From NCBI GenBank assembly GCA_024276575.1, contig JAJRWY010000065.1:15-64014 (forward strand): a stretch of DNA of 64,000 nt, written 5' to 3'. The notes under the pieces are model-generated. The model saw only the letters and a list, made by a program, of their open reading frames with translations. It was not told the DNA's origin and searched no databases. Source of the DNA: Candidatus Binatota bacterium (GTDB lineage: Bacteria > Desulfobacterota > Binatia > UBA1149 > CAITLU01). Positions 17,291 to 26,963 of the stretch are shown piece by piece. Position numbers and translations under genes: made by a program. The first letter of the stretch is position 1; every line of letters starts with the position of its first letter.

Positions 17291-17833
17291 CTACATCTTG
17301 TACTTGAAATCGTCGGGGTCGAGACTCTCGAGTATGTCCGCCCATTCGTCGGGCGAGACGTCGGAGATGTCCTGGGTTTCACTCGCGGTTTCCGCGCCCT
17401 GGGCTTCCTGCACATCGTTGGCTGAGGCTGCCGAGGCTGCGATCACTTCCTTGGCGACGTAGATCGGGCTCTTGGTTCGCAAGGCCAGGGAGATGGCGTC
17501 GCTGGGCCTGGAATCGATAGAAGTCTCGTTGCCGTTGATGTCGAGCTTTATCGCGGCGTAGAAAGTGTTCTCTTTCAGCGCCGTAACCTCGACGCGTTGC
17601 ACCTTGGCTCCGACTTCCTCGACTAGGCGCTTGAGCAGGTCGTGGGTCATGGGCCTAGCCATGGATACGCCCTCGAGCTGGGTGGCCACCGAGGCCGCTT
17701 CGAGCAGCCCTATCCAGATGGGCAGAGTGATCTCGTCGCTCTCGTCCTTGAGTACGACGATGGGCGTCTTGGTCATCGGATCCAGGGTCAAGCCCCCGAC
17801 CGTCATAAGTATGAACGCTTCTCTATCCATCAC
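17291..17833 (-). CDS. bifunctional nuclease (DUF151/BFN) domain protein
   Basis: TKTPIVVLKDESDEITLPIWIG..EA, RPMTHDLL and DSRPSDAI blocks are typical of DUF151. ATG at 17830 and GTG at 17833 are adjacent start candidates. Confidence 0.75.
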   Translation of the reverse strand: MMDREAFILMTVGGLTLDPMTKTPIVVLKDESDEITLPIWIGLLEAASVATQLEGVSMARPMTHDLLKRLVEEVGAKVQRVEVTALKENTFYAAIKLDINGNETSIDSRPSDAISLALRTKSPIYVAKEVIAASAASANDVQEAQGAETASETQDISDVSPDEWADILESLDPDDFKYKM

Positions 17834-18024
17834 TTCAAAGTTTGGCGCGAGAACCCGGCTTCGTCAACTCTCGGAGCGATCATTGAGGCCACAGAAGGGA
17901 ATAATCGGCATATTTCGCGAGCGGCAGTTTCTGGCGCGCAGGTTCCTGTGGGCCAGGGGGCTTTGTGGCCACCGGCCACCGGCTCCTATGGCCAAGCCCG
18001 GCTCCCGTGGGCCAAACAGGCAAT

Positions 18025-19485
18025 TTAGGCGGCCACCAGTATATCGACGATCTTGTAGAGTTGCTTGAGGTTGCGGCACTCTTCTACGATATCGCAGTGC
18101 TTGGAGTACAGGTTCATCTCGCTGTCGCCGAAGCCCCAGGTCGAGGCGTTCTCGGGGTTGAGCCAGATTACTTGTCGGGCCCGCTCCCTTATGTCGCGCA
18201 GCACCCAGTCGTTGGGTGCATTGTAGTTGTTGCGTGCGTCTCCGAGAATGATCACGGTGGTCTTGCCGTCGATTACCTCTAGTTGGTCTCTGTGGAAATC
18301 CTTGAAGGCCCGGCCGAAGTCCGAGTGGGCGTAGACGTTGACCACGTCCCCGTTGATGGCGCGCTGAATGGCCCCCTGGATCTCATTTTCCTTGAACAGT
18401 TGGGTTACCTCAGCGATCTCGGCGACGAACACGTAGCTCCGCACCTTGGAGTAAATATCCTGCAGAGAGTGGACGAACTGCAGCATGAAACGCGACACGT
18501 TGCGTACCGAATCGGAGACGTCGCACAAGATGACCACTTGCGGCCGCTCGCGACGGCGCCGGTCGTAGCTGAGCCGGAAGGGGACACCGCCGAATTCCAG
18601 GGAGTGGCGCAGGGTGGTTTTTACATCCAAGCGGCCCCGCTTGGCTCGTTTGTAGCGGATAGCCAGTATGTTCTTGAGCTTGCGCGCTAGCGCTGAGACG
18701 GCCTCGCGCATGCGCTTTATCTCGCTCGGAGACAGGTAGTAGAAACTCTTCTCCAGCAGCCGGTCGCGCTCCTGTTCGCGGTTTTCCTTGTGGTCGGCCT
18801 GCTCGCGGTCGAGCTTGAGCATTCCTTTGAGCAACTCGTTCAAGTCGCGGCTGCGGCGGGCGAGATACTCCTTGAGTTTTTCTAGTTCCTCTTCGCTCAT
18901 GCCGTGTTCGGCGGCTGCAAGCAGGCGGTCGAAATCCTCTTGTAAGTCTCCGGCCCCCATCGCGCCGAGTAGCTCGCGCATCAGCGCAGGCGGCACGTAA
19001 TTGCCCGGCCGCTGCGGAAGCTTCCCCGAGTCGCGCAACTCACGCAGCAACTGTTCGAGTGCGCCGCTGTCCTGCATCAACAGCGCGCGGGTAAGATCGG
19101 ACAGCTCCGGGTCCATGCCTTCGAGCAGGCGGGCGATGTCGTCGAGCAACTCTTGGAACTCGGCCGGCGTCATGCCGCTAGCGGCCGATTCGCCGGCAGC
19201 CTTGACTAGCTCCCCCACCCCACTGAAAAAAAGCTCAAAAAGCTCGTCATAAGCGGCGACGTCACCGCTGCGTTTGATCATGGCGGCGCGCAGAGAGTTC
19301 TTGAAAGTCTCGCGCCGTTGCAGGCCCGACAGATTTGCCGCCTCTACGGCGTCGATGGTCTCCGCCGTAGAAACCCGAATACCTTTGCGCCGTAGCAAAC
19401 CGGCGAATTCTACTATCCGATGCTCCACCCGAAGCTCAGTGAAGCAGGTCGCCGCCGCCGTCAGCCGCCGGCACCACCGGCTCAT
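18025..19485 (-). CDS. VWA domain protein, CoxE-like partner of MoxR ATPase
   Basis: N-terminal IVEFAGLLRRKGIRVSTAE and C-terminal VWA domain with MIDAS VVILCDVSDS. ATG 19485 overlaps moxR by 50 nt; the alternative start is GTG 19419. Confidence 0.8.
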   Translation of the reverse strand: MSRWCRRLTAAATCFTELRVEHRIVEFAGLLRRKGIRVSTAETIDAVEAANLSGLQRRETFKNSLRAAMIKRSGDVAAYDELFELFFSGVGELVKAAGESAASGMTPAEFQELLDDIARLLEGMDPELSDLTRALLMQDSGALEQLLRELRDSGKLPQRPGNYVPPALMRELLGAMGAGDLQEDFDRLLAAAEHGMSEEELEKLKEYLARRSRDLNELLKGMLKLDREQADHKENREQERDRLLEKSFYYLSPSEIKRMREAVSALARKLKNILAIRYKRAKRGRLDVKTTLRHSLEFGGVPFRLSYDRRRRERPQVVILCDVSDSVRNVSRFMLQFVHSLQDIYSKVRSYVFVAEIAEVTQLFKENEIQGAIQRAINGDVVNVYAHSDFGRAFKDFHRDQLEVIDGKTTVIILGDARNNYNAPNDWVLRDIRERARQVIWLNPENASTWGFGDSEMNLYSKHCDIVEECRNLKQLYKIVDILVAA

Positions 19486-20425
19486 CGGCCTTGGCCCGGC
19501 GCTGTTGCACGAAAGCTTCCAGCTCTTTTTCGGCTTTACGCAAGTCGCCCTCGTATTTCGCGATAGAAGACAGAGTTTCCTTGACTATCTCGTGGTCGAG
19601 ACTGTCGGCATTCATGATCACCAGCGCCCGGGTCCAGTCGAGAGTCTCGGATATGCTCGGCTGCTTTTTCAAATCGAGCTTGCGTAGATTTTGAACCAAT
19701 GAGATGACGTCTTCCATCAGTGCGGGGCCGGCCTCAGGAACCTTGAGTATGAGAATCTCCAGCTCCAGATCGGGACTCGGGAAATCGATGTAGAGATGCA
19801 GGCAGCGTCGTTTCAAAGCGTCCGACATCTCCCTTGCGTTGTTACTGGTGAGAACCACGATAGGAATGCGCTTGGCTTCTATGGTGCCGATCTCCGGCAC
19901 CGTGACCTGGAAATCACTGAGAATCTCGAGCAGGAAAGCCTCGAATTCAGCGTCGGCCTTGTCGATTTCGTCTATCAACAAGACCACCCCGTCGTCGGAC
20001 TGAATGGCCTGAAGCAGGGGCCGCGGCAAGATGAAACGCCGGGAGAAAAACACGTCGTCTTGTGCGGTTATGCGGTCTATGGCCTCCGACAAGGTAGCAG
20101 CGCCCTGGGTAACCTCCGATATCTTGTCTTTCAGGATCTGGGTGTACAGGAGCTGCTTTGCGTACTCCCATTCATATAGCGCCTTGGCCTCGTCTATACC
20201 CTCGTAGCATTGCATACGTATCAACGGGATATTCAGGCTCGAGGCCACGACTTTCGCCAGTTCGGTCTTGCCTACCCCGGCCGGCCCTTCCACCAGTACG
20301 GGTTTGCCCAACTGGGTCGCCAGATAGACGACCGTGGCGATGTTATGGTCGCAGATGTACTTTTGCTCAGCGAGCAAGTTTTGGACAGCGTCTACCGACG
20401 CATAGCTTCTGGCTGAAGAACTCAA
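19436..20425 (-). CDS. MoxR-family AAA+ ATPase (CoxD-like)
   Basis: Walker A EGPAGVGKTELAK and Walker B VLLIDEIDKA. I prefer TTG 20425, which has GGAG 6 nt upstream and gives the usual ..SYASVDAVQ.. N-terminus. The track start 20563 (also TTG) adds 46 aa. Confidence 0.85.
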   Translation of the reverse strand: MSSSARSYASVDAVQNLLAEQKYICDHNIATVVYLATQLGKPVLVEGPAGVGKTELAKVVASSLNIPLIRMQCYEGIDEAKALYEWEYAKQLLYTQILKDKISEVTQGAATLSEAIDRITAQDDVFFSRRFILPRPLLQAIQSDDGVVLLIDEIDKADAEFEAFLLEILSDFQVTVPEIGTIEAKRIPIVVLTSNNAREMSDALKRRCLHLYIDFPSPDLELEILILKVPEAGPALMEDVISLVQNLRKLDLKKQPSISETLDWTRALVIMNADSLDHEIVKETLSSIAKYEGDLRKAEKELEAFVQQRRAKADEPVVPAADGGGDLLH

Positions 20426-20671
20426 TCTAAACTCCGGTGAATCGATGCTGTTCGTAAGGATGTCCGCAAGAATGATGTCTGCAAAAATACAGTGTGAAAC
20501 GCTAACACGCGGTTTGGGCGATGACAAAGCAGCCGTCCGCAAGCCGTTTCCCGCCCCCAGCAAGAGGTACTGCGAGTGGACCGGTGTGGCCGCTCCGGCC
20601 GCCTGAGGCCGTCCGCGTCTTCAGACGGCGGTGGGCTTTGCCTGCCAGTGTCCGCTAGTCTCGGAACTGTT

Positions 20672-21430
20672 GTGTGTACTCTGGCGCTTTGTCTTGGTGT
20701 CTCACGGGCTTTCCCGCTGATAGTCGCGGCCAATCGTGATGAGTTCTACGACCGTCCGAGCGAAGCTCCGAGACGCCGGCCCGGGCACCCGGAAATCGTG
20801 GCAGGTCTGGATCTGCGAGCCGGTGGCACCTGGCTGGGCTGTCGCGAGGGCGGCAATCCCTTCGTGGTCGCGGTGCTCAACCGCAGCAGGGGCTGGGGCC
20901 AAGGCCCGGCCGCGCCGGGCGAGCGTTCGCGCGGTTCTCTGGCCTTCGAAGCCTTGGGCCTTGATTGCGTGGACGACGTAGCGGGCTTGCTCGATGCCGA
21001 GTCGGCGGCGCTATACGGGGCTTTCAATCTCGTTGCTGCCGATAGCAAACAGGCGCTGTTCTTGAGCAATGCCCACGGGCTGGAGTGCAAGCCTTTGGCC
21101 CGCGGGCTCTCGGTTTTGACAAACCTGGCCCCCGATGATCCGCACTGTCCGCGCGGGGCCGGAGCGCGCAAGGATTTCGAAGCGGCATTGCCGGAGCTGG
21201 CGGCGGTGGTCGAAGCCGGGCAGTTGGTGCCGCCCTTGGCGCGGGTTCTGGGCAACCACCAAAACAGTGCGGATCCCGATGATCGAAACCCCTTGGCGCG
21301 GCTGTGCGTACACACCGAGGCCTACGGGACACGCTCGTCGTCGGTGGTGGCTATCGGTGCCGACGCCAAGGTCGCCTATTTCCATGCCGAAGGCCCGCCC
21401 TGCTGCACCCCCTTCGAACGGATCGTCTGA
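20672..21430 (+). CDS. NRDE-family (TANGO2-like, DUF833) protein
   Basis: Contains CTLAL...LIVAANRDEFYDRP. GTG 20672 puts Cys at position 2, as in family members that begin MCT. The track start is 20576. Confidence 0.75.
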   Translation: MCTLALCLGVSRAFPLIVAANRDEFYDRPSEAPRRRPGHPEIVAGLDLRAGGTWLGCREGGNPFVVAVLNRSRGWGQGPAAPGERSRGSLAFEALGLDCVDDVAGLLDAESAALYGAFNLVAADSKQALFLSNAHGLECKPLARGLSVLTNLAPDDPHCPRGAGARKDFEAALPELAAVVEAGQLVPPLARVLGNHQNSADPDDRNPLARLCVHTEAYGTRSSSVVAIGADAKVAYFHAEGPPCCTPFERIV

Positions 21431-21617
21431 GCGGGCTAAGCTCAATCGGGCTCGAGTCGTGGACGCTATCTCCACGGGCAGTCCAGGATGGTGCTTGAGA
21501 CTGTCGCCTGTTCGCTATCGGCAGTAGCGAGTTGGAAAGCCCCGTATTGCTTCGTGCCGGGCTTTCTGAGCTTTCCTGAGGACGCGGCTAGACTCCGCAG
21601 TGCCGGCCCTCCGAAGC

Positions 21618-22172
21618 CTATTGCTGGGACTCCGAAGCCTGGTACCAGCGGATGCCGCGGATCATGTAACCGCAGCCCGAAAGCAGCGAGAACAGTCCCG
21701 TGAGCAGGAATATCGTGTAGAGAAAACCTTGGGGAACCTTCCACCAATCGGCGAGCGACAACAGCACTAGTGACACCGAAAGGAGCTGGGTGAAGGTGGT
21801 GATCTTCCCTAGCTTGGAGGGTGCCATTGCCATGGTTTCGCCGACCAAAGCGGCGGTGAGAAGAAAGCCTCCGAGTATGATCACGTCGCGGGTCAATACG
21901 ATGATCATCAAGGGCAGCGGAACCGCACCCAGGATGCCCAGAGTGATGAAGGAACTGACTACGAGAAGCTTATCCGCCAGCGGATCGAGGTGGGCGCCGA
22001 GTTCGGTACGCAAATCCCAGACCCTGGCGATCAACCCGTCGAGTCCGTCGGTGAGGCCCGCGATGATGAAAACCACGCATGCCAGATCGTGTTCCCCTTC
22101 GACCAGCAGGGAGAGAAACAGGGGGACTGCCAGTATACGGGCCAGCGTGAGTGCGTTGGGGACGTTGAGCAT
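21618..22172 (-). CDS. pgsA: CDP-diacylglycerol--glycerol-3-phosphate 3-phosphatidyltransferase
   Basis: CDP-alcohol phosphatidyltransferase motif DGLDGLIARVWDLRTELGAHLDPLADK. ATG start, 4-6 TM segments. Confidence 0.9.
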   Translation of the reverse strand: MLNVPNALTLARILAVPLFLSLLVEGEHDLACVVFIIAGLTDGLDGLIARVWDLRTELGAHLDPLADKLLVVSSFITLGILGAVPLPLMIIVLTRDVIILGGFLLTAALVGETMAMAPSKLGKITTFTQLLSVSLVLLSLADWWKVPQGFLYTIFLLTGLFSLLSGCGYMIRGIRWYQASESQQ

Positions 22173-22181
22173 CGGCCATGT

Positions 22182-23438
22182 TCAGCCCCCGCGCGGCTTC
22201 GAGTCCGGGGCTGCGAGCAGCTGTTTTAGCCGGCCCGAAGCTTTACGACCCAAAGAGGCCCTGATGCGGCAGCCTTCCTCGTCTTCGGACTCATCTAGCA
22301 CACGGGCGTTGCGGTACAACCAGGCCCGGACTCTGGCCTGCCCGTGGGTGAGCCGTAGCTCTACGGTTTCTTCTTCGCGCGTAAGTTGTTGCTCGACGGC
22401 CTCGAGCAACTCCTCGCAGCCCGTCCCGTTGCGGGCCGATATGCAAAGCGATCTCGGGAGCAGCGCTTGTTCGGGGGGCGTGTCGCACTTGTTGAAGACC
22501 ATCAGCCGTGGCCTGCCCGCCGCGCCGAGTTCTTCGAGTATGGACTCCACCACGGTGATACGATCCGAGAGATTATGGTCGCCGACATCGACGAGGTGGA
22601 GGATGAGGTCGGCTTCCACTACTTGCTCGAGTGTTCCCTTGAAAGCCTCGACCAGTTCGTGAGGAAGCTTGGCCACGAAGCCCACGGTATCGGCCAGGAT
22701 GGCATGGGAGCCGCCGGGCAGGTCGAGCCGTCTCACCGTGGTGTCCAAGGTCGCAAAGAGCTTGTCCGCGACGTAACTGTCCGCGCCCGTCAAGCGGTTC
22801 ATCAAAGTGGACTTCCCGGCGTTGGTGTAACCCACCAGTGCGACGGTCGGAAAAGGCACAGATTCCCGCTCGGCCCGGTTGAGCCTTCTGCTGCGGTCGA
22901 TGTCGGCAAGGCGGCTTCGCAGACGGGAAAGCCGCTCTCGAACCTGCCGGCGGTCGGATTCGAGTTGAGTCTCACCCGGGCCGCGAGTGCCTACCCCTGC
23001 CTTCATTCTCGACAGGTGGGACCATTGGCGTGTAAGGCGCGGTAGCAAGTATTCGAGTTGTGCAAGTTCTACTTGAAGTTTACCCGCCCGGGTCATTGCT
23101 CTAGAAGCGAAAATATCCAAGATAAGCTGGCTACGATCGATCACCTTTATGGACAGTGAGTTCTCTAGGTTTCGCCTTTGCGCCGGAGAGAGCGCGTCGT
23201 CGAAGATAACCACTTCGGCGTCCCGGTCCCGGGCTAACTCCTTGAGTTCCTCGACTTTGCCTTTACCGATGCGCGTTGCCGCTGATATGCGGCGGATTTC
23301 TTGAGCCAGGTGGCCGCAGTCGTCCAGGGAAGCGGTGCGCGCGAGCAGGCTGAGTTCATCAAGCTCGTCGGCTGCCTTGCTCTTGTCTGGCCCTGCCCAA
23401 ACCAGTAGGGCGCGTTCGGGATGCGGAGCGAAGTTCAC
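22182..23438 (-). CDS. hflX: GTPase HflX
   Basis: HflX N-domain ([30 protein letters not shown]), G1 [10 protein letters not shown]3 DTVGF, G4 NKCD. Start is GTG 23438, which overlaps the dnaE TGA as GTGA. The track ORF would overlap dnaE by 145 nt. Confidence 0.9.
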   Translation of the reverse strand: MNFAPHPERALLVWAGPDKSKAADELDELSLLARTASLDDCGHLAQEIRRISAATRIGKGKVEELKELARDRDAEVVIFDDALSPAQRRNLENSLSIKVIDRSQLILDIFASRAMTRAGKLQVELAQLEYLLPRLTRQWSHLSRMKAGVGTRGPGETQLESDRRQVRERLSRLRSRLADIDRSRRLNRAERESVPFPTVALVGYTNAGKSTLMNRLTGADSYVADKLFATLDTTVRRLDLPGGSHAILADTVGFVAKLPHELVEAFKGTLEQVVEADLILHLVDVGDHNLSDRITVVESILEELGAAGRPRLMVFNKCDTPPEQALLPRSLCISARNGTGCEELLEAVEQQLTREEETVELRLTHGQARVRAWLYRNARVLDESEDEEGCRIRASLGRKASGRLKQLLAAPDSKPRGG

Positions 23439-26400
23439 CGCAGCAGGAGGTTGCCGCTGCCGACCAGCGATTCGGCGCGGTGTATGAATTCGTCGCTGGG
23501 GTCTACCCTCATCTCGGCGGGAAGTTCCACCTGGGTTTCCGTAGCCCCCTCGCGTACTACGCGCAGGTAGCTTCGGCACACTCCCGGAAACTCACGCAAG
23601 ACAGCACAGAGCGAGTCGAGTTTGGCCGGCGGAAAGGAGCCCGAGAGTACTTTGAGTTCCACAGCGGTTACCAGTTCGCGGCGGGCGTCGGCTAGGCTCA
23701 CTATTTCTTCGGCTATTATCTGAGCTTTGCGGGAGAAATCAGGGGCCTCATGGTCGTCGCCGCCCCCGTTGAGATCGCGCGGAGCTTCGCCAAACTCGAC
23801 CTTGCCTTTCACCAGCACCGGAGTTCTTCCCAGGATAGCGGCTTCACACTTACGATAGCACTCGGGCCAGGCGATCACTTCTACCACCCCCTGCCGGTCC
23901 TCTAGGTTGAAGGTCGCGTAACGGTCCCCCTTGCGGCTGTTCTTGCGTTTGACCGTATTGGTTACGCCGGCTACGCGCACCAGCTCGTGATCGTTCTTGG
24001 TATCGAGCGCATCCGTACCGACGGTTGCGAGCACCTTCAGGTCATGGAGATAGCGGTCGAGCGGGTGGCCGGAGATGTAGAAGCCGACGGCTTCGCGTTC
24101 GGCCTGCAGCCGGTCGAGCGGGCTCCACTCCGGAACGTCGGGCAAAGGTGGCTCGGCTTCGCTGGAACCTGACTGCGATGCGAACAGGCCGAACTGCCCG
24201 ACCTCGCGGTCGGCGCTGACGCGAGCCGCCCAGCCGATGGCTTCGTCGAGACCGGCCACGAGCTTGGCCCGGTTTGAATCGATGCTCTCGAGCGAACCCG
24301 CCTTGATCAAAGTCTCGACCACGCGCCTGCTTACCTGTTGGCCGTTGCAACGAAGCACGAAGTCTCCGAGGCTGCTAAAGGGGCCATCGGCGCGCGCTTC
24401 GATGATGGCCTGTACTGCCTTTTCTCCCACTCCCTTGACAGCCTCGAGTCCGAAACGAATGCCTTCTGGACACACGGTGAAGTCGGCTTCACTCTTGTTG
24501 GCCTCGGGCGGCAGTATCTCGATAGAGCGGCGGCGTGCATCCGCGAGATTTTTGTAGGTGCTCTCGGTCGAGCCCATTTCCAAAGTGAGCAAGGCGGCGG
24601 CGAACTCGCGTGGATAGTGGGCTTTGAGATAGGCGGTCTGAAACGAGATCAGGGCATAGGCGGCCGAGTGGGATTTGTTGAAGCCGTAGGCAGCGAAAGT
24701 CTCCATCTGCTGGAAGATCGCTTCGGCCTCCGAGGTCTTTCGACCCAGCGAAGCCGCGCCCGCAAGAAAGCGGCCCTTCTCTTCTTCCATCGCCTCTTTC
24801 TTCTTCTTCCCCATCGCACGCCGCAGGTTATCGGCTTGGCCCAAGGTGTAGCCGGCATAGATCTGCGCGATCTGCATTACCTGCTCTTGGTAGACGATGA
24901 CGCCCCAGGTCTCCTTGAGTACCTCCTCGAGGTCGGGATGGGGATAGCGTACGATCTCACGGCCGTTGCGGCGTTTGATGAACTCTTCGACCATGCCGCT
25001 GTCGAGGGGTCCGGGGCGAAACAGCGCCAGTACCGCGATGATGTCCTCGAAACAACGCGGCTTGATACGCGTCAGCAGCTTACGCATACCGCCGCTTTCC
25101 ATCTGAAACACCCCGACGGTGTCGGCACGTGACAACAGGTCGTAAGTGGCCGCGTCGTCGAGCGGTAGAGCGTTTACATCGAGAGTCTCGCCGCGGACCT
25201 GTGCTACTCGGCGAACCGTGTCGGCTATCAGCGTCAGGGTTTTCAGGCCCAGGAAGTCGAACTTGATCAGGCCGATGGCTTCCACGTCGGGGCCGGCGAA
25301 CTGGGTGATGACGGTACCCTCTTTGTCCACGAACAAAGGAACGTCTTCCACCAAAGGCCGGTCCGAGATCACGATGCCGGCTGCATGTTTGGACACATGG
25401 CGGGCCAAGCCCTCGAGCTTCAAAGCGAAGTCGAACAGTTTCGCTTCACGCTCGCCGGACGCGCGCAGCTCGCTCAGCCGCGGCTCCATGGCCAGGGCCG
25501 CTTCGAGATTGAAGTCCTTGCCCTGCTTGGGCTCGGGATAGAGCTTGCAGATGCGGTCGGTCTCCGCGAAAGAAAAGCCGAGTACCCGCCCGACGTCGCG
25601 CAGCGCGGCTTTGCCCTTGAGCGTTCCGAACGTGATGATGTGTGCGACCTTGTCTTCGCCGTACTTCTCACGCACGTAATTCAATACTTCGTCGCGCCGC
25701 TCGTAGCAGAAGTCAACGTCGATATCAGGCATCGACACGCGTTCGGGATTCAAGAACCTTTCAAACAGCAGTTTGTAGGGCAGCGGGTCGAGGTCGGTTA
25801 TGCGCATCGCATAAGAAACCAAGCTGCCGGCGGCCGAGCCGCGGCCTGGCCCTACGGGGATTCCGTGCGATTTGGCCCACATGATGAAGTCGGCGACGAT
25901 CAGGCAATAGCCCGAGAACTGCATCTGCTGTATCATCGAGATTTCCGATTCAAGACGGGACTCGTAGCGCGAGGACTCGAAAACCACCCCTGTTCTGCGC
26001 ATTTCCTCGAAGCGCTCGCGCAAGCCTTCACGTGCACTGTCCGCAAAGACTTCGTCGAGATCGCGGCCGCTTTCGGTACGAAACACCGGGAACTTGTTCT
26101 TGCCGAATTCGAGTTCCAGGTTGCAGCGTCCGGCAAGATCCAAAGTGTTGTCTATCGCGTCTTCGGCTCCGGGAAAGGCGCTGCGCATCTCGTCGGCGCT
26201 TTTTACGAACAGTTGGTCGGTGCCGAAGCGCCAGCGGTCGGGATCGTCGAGATTCTTACCGGTTTGCACACAGAGCAAGGCTTCGTGGGCCTCGTGATCT
26301 CCATGGCTCAAGTAGTGGCAATCGTTGGTTGCAACCAGTGGCAAGCCCATCTCTTTCGCCAGGGGGATCAGCATCTCGTTGACCCGCGCCTGTTCGGCAA

Positions 26401-26947
26401 GATGATTGTCTTGAATCTCCAGATAATAGCGGTCGCCGAACATCGCCGCGTAGTCTTCGACAATCTTGCGAACCTTGTCTTCGCGGTCGGCAAGCACTGC
26501 CTTGGCGACTTCCCCGGATAGGCAGCCGCTCAGGCAGATCAAGCCCTCGTTTAAGTCCTGCAGCAGTTCCTTGTCTATGCGTGGCTTGTAGTAGAACCCA
26601 TCCTTGTAGCTTTGCGACACCAAGCGGCTCAGGTTGCGATAGCCGCGCAGGTCCTGGGCGAGCAGGATCAAGTGGTAATTGCCTGCCCCTTCGAAATCGG
26701 AGCCACGCCCGCCCTTCCTGTCCAGGCGGCTACCTGGGGCCACGTAGACCTCACATCCGATGATCGGTTTGATTCCGGCTTTGCCGGCCGAGCGGTAGAA
26801 ATCGATCGCGCCGAACATATTGCCGTGGTCGGTGATCGCGGCGGCGGGCAAGCCGAGCGCCGCCAAGCGCGGCATCAGCGCATCGATCTTGTTGGCACCG
26901 TCGAGCAGGGAATATTGAGTGTGGAGGTGTAAGTGGACGTAACTCAC
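23435..26947 (-). CDS. dnaE: DNA polymerase III alpha subunit
   Basis: 1170 aa. PHP domain [13 protein letters not shown], the MPDIDVDF polymerase core and a C-terminal OB fold. GTG start. Confidence 0.97.
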   Translation of the reverse strand: MSYVHLHLHTQYSLLDGANKIDALMPRLAALGLPAAAITDHGNMFGAIDFYRSAGKAGIKPIIGCEVYVAPGSRLDRKGGRGSDFEGAGNYHLILLAQDLRGYRNLSRLVSQSYKDGFYYKPRIDKELLQDLNEGLICLSGCLSGEVAKAVLADREDKVRKIVEDYAAMFGDRYYLEIQDNHLAEQARVNEMLIPLAKEMGLPLVATNDCHYLSHGDHEAHEALLCVQTGKNLDDPDRWRFGTDQLFVKSADEMRSAFPGAEDAIDNTLDLAGRCNLELEFGKNKFPVFRTESGRDLDEVFADSAREGLRERFEEMRRTGVVFESSRYESRLESEISMIQQMQFSGYCLIVADFIMWAKSHGIPVGPGRGSAAGSLVSYAMRITDLDPLPYKLLFERFLNPERVSMPDIDVDFCYERRDEVLNYVREKYGEDKVAHIITFGTLKGKAALRDVGRVLGFSFAETDRICKLYPEPKQGKDFNLEAALAMEPRLSELRASGEREAKLFDFALKLEGLARHVSKHAAGIVISDRPLVEDVPLFVDKEGTVITQFAGPDVEAIGLIKFDFLGLKTLTLIADTVRRVAQVRGETLDVNALPLDDAATYDLLSRADTVGVFQMESGGMRKLLTRIKPRCFEDIIAVLALFRPGPLDSGMVEEFIKRRNGREIVRYPHPDLEEVLKETWGVIVYQEQVMQIAQIYAGYTLGQADNLRRAMGKKKKEAMEEEKGRFLAGAASLGRKTSEAEAIFQQMETFAAYGFNKSHSAAYALISFQTAYLKAHYPREFAAALLTLEMGSTESTYKNLADARRRSIEILPPEANKSEADFTVCPEGIRFGLEAVKGVGEKAVQAIIEARADGPFSSLGDFVLRCNGQQVSRRVVETLIKAGSLESIDSNRAKLVAGLDEAIGWAARVSADREVGQFGLFASQSGSSEAEPPLPDVPEWSPLDRLQAEREAVGFYISGHPLDRYLHDLKVLATVGTDALDTKNDHELVRVAGVTNTVKRKNSRKGDRYATFNLEDRQGVVEVIAWPECYRKCEAAILGRTPVLVKGKVEFGEAPRDLNGGGDDHEAPDFSRKAQIIAEEIVSLADARRELVTAVELKVLSGSFPPAKLDSLCAVLREFPGVCRSYLRVVREGATETQVELPAEMRVDPSDEFIHRAESLVGSGNLLLR

Positions 26948-26963
26948 CGCGCGCCCCGTCCCT

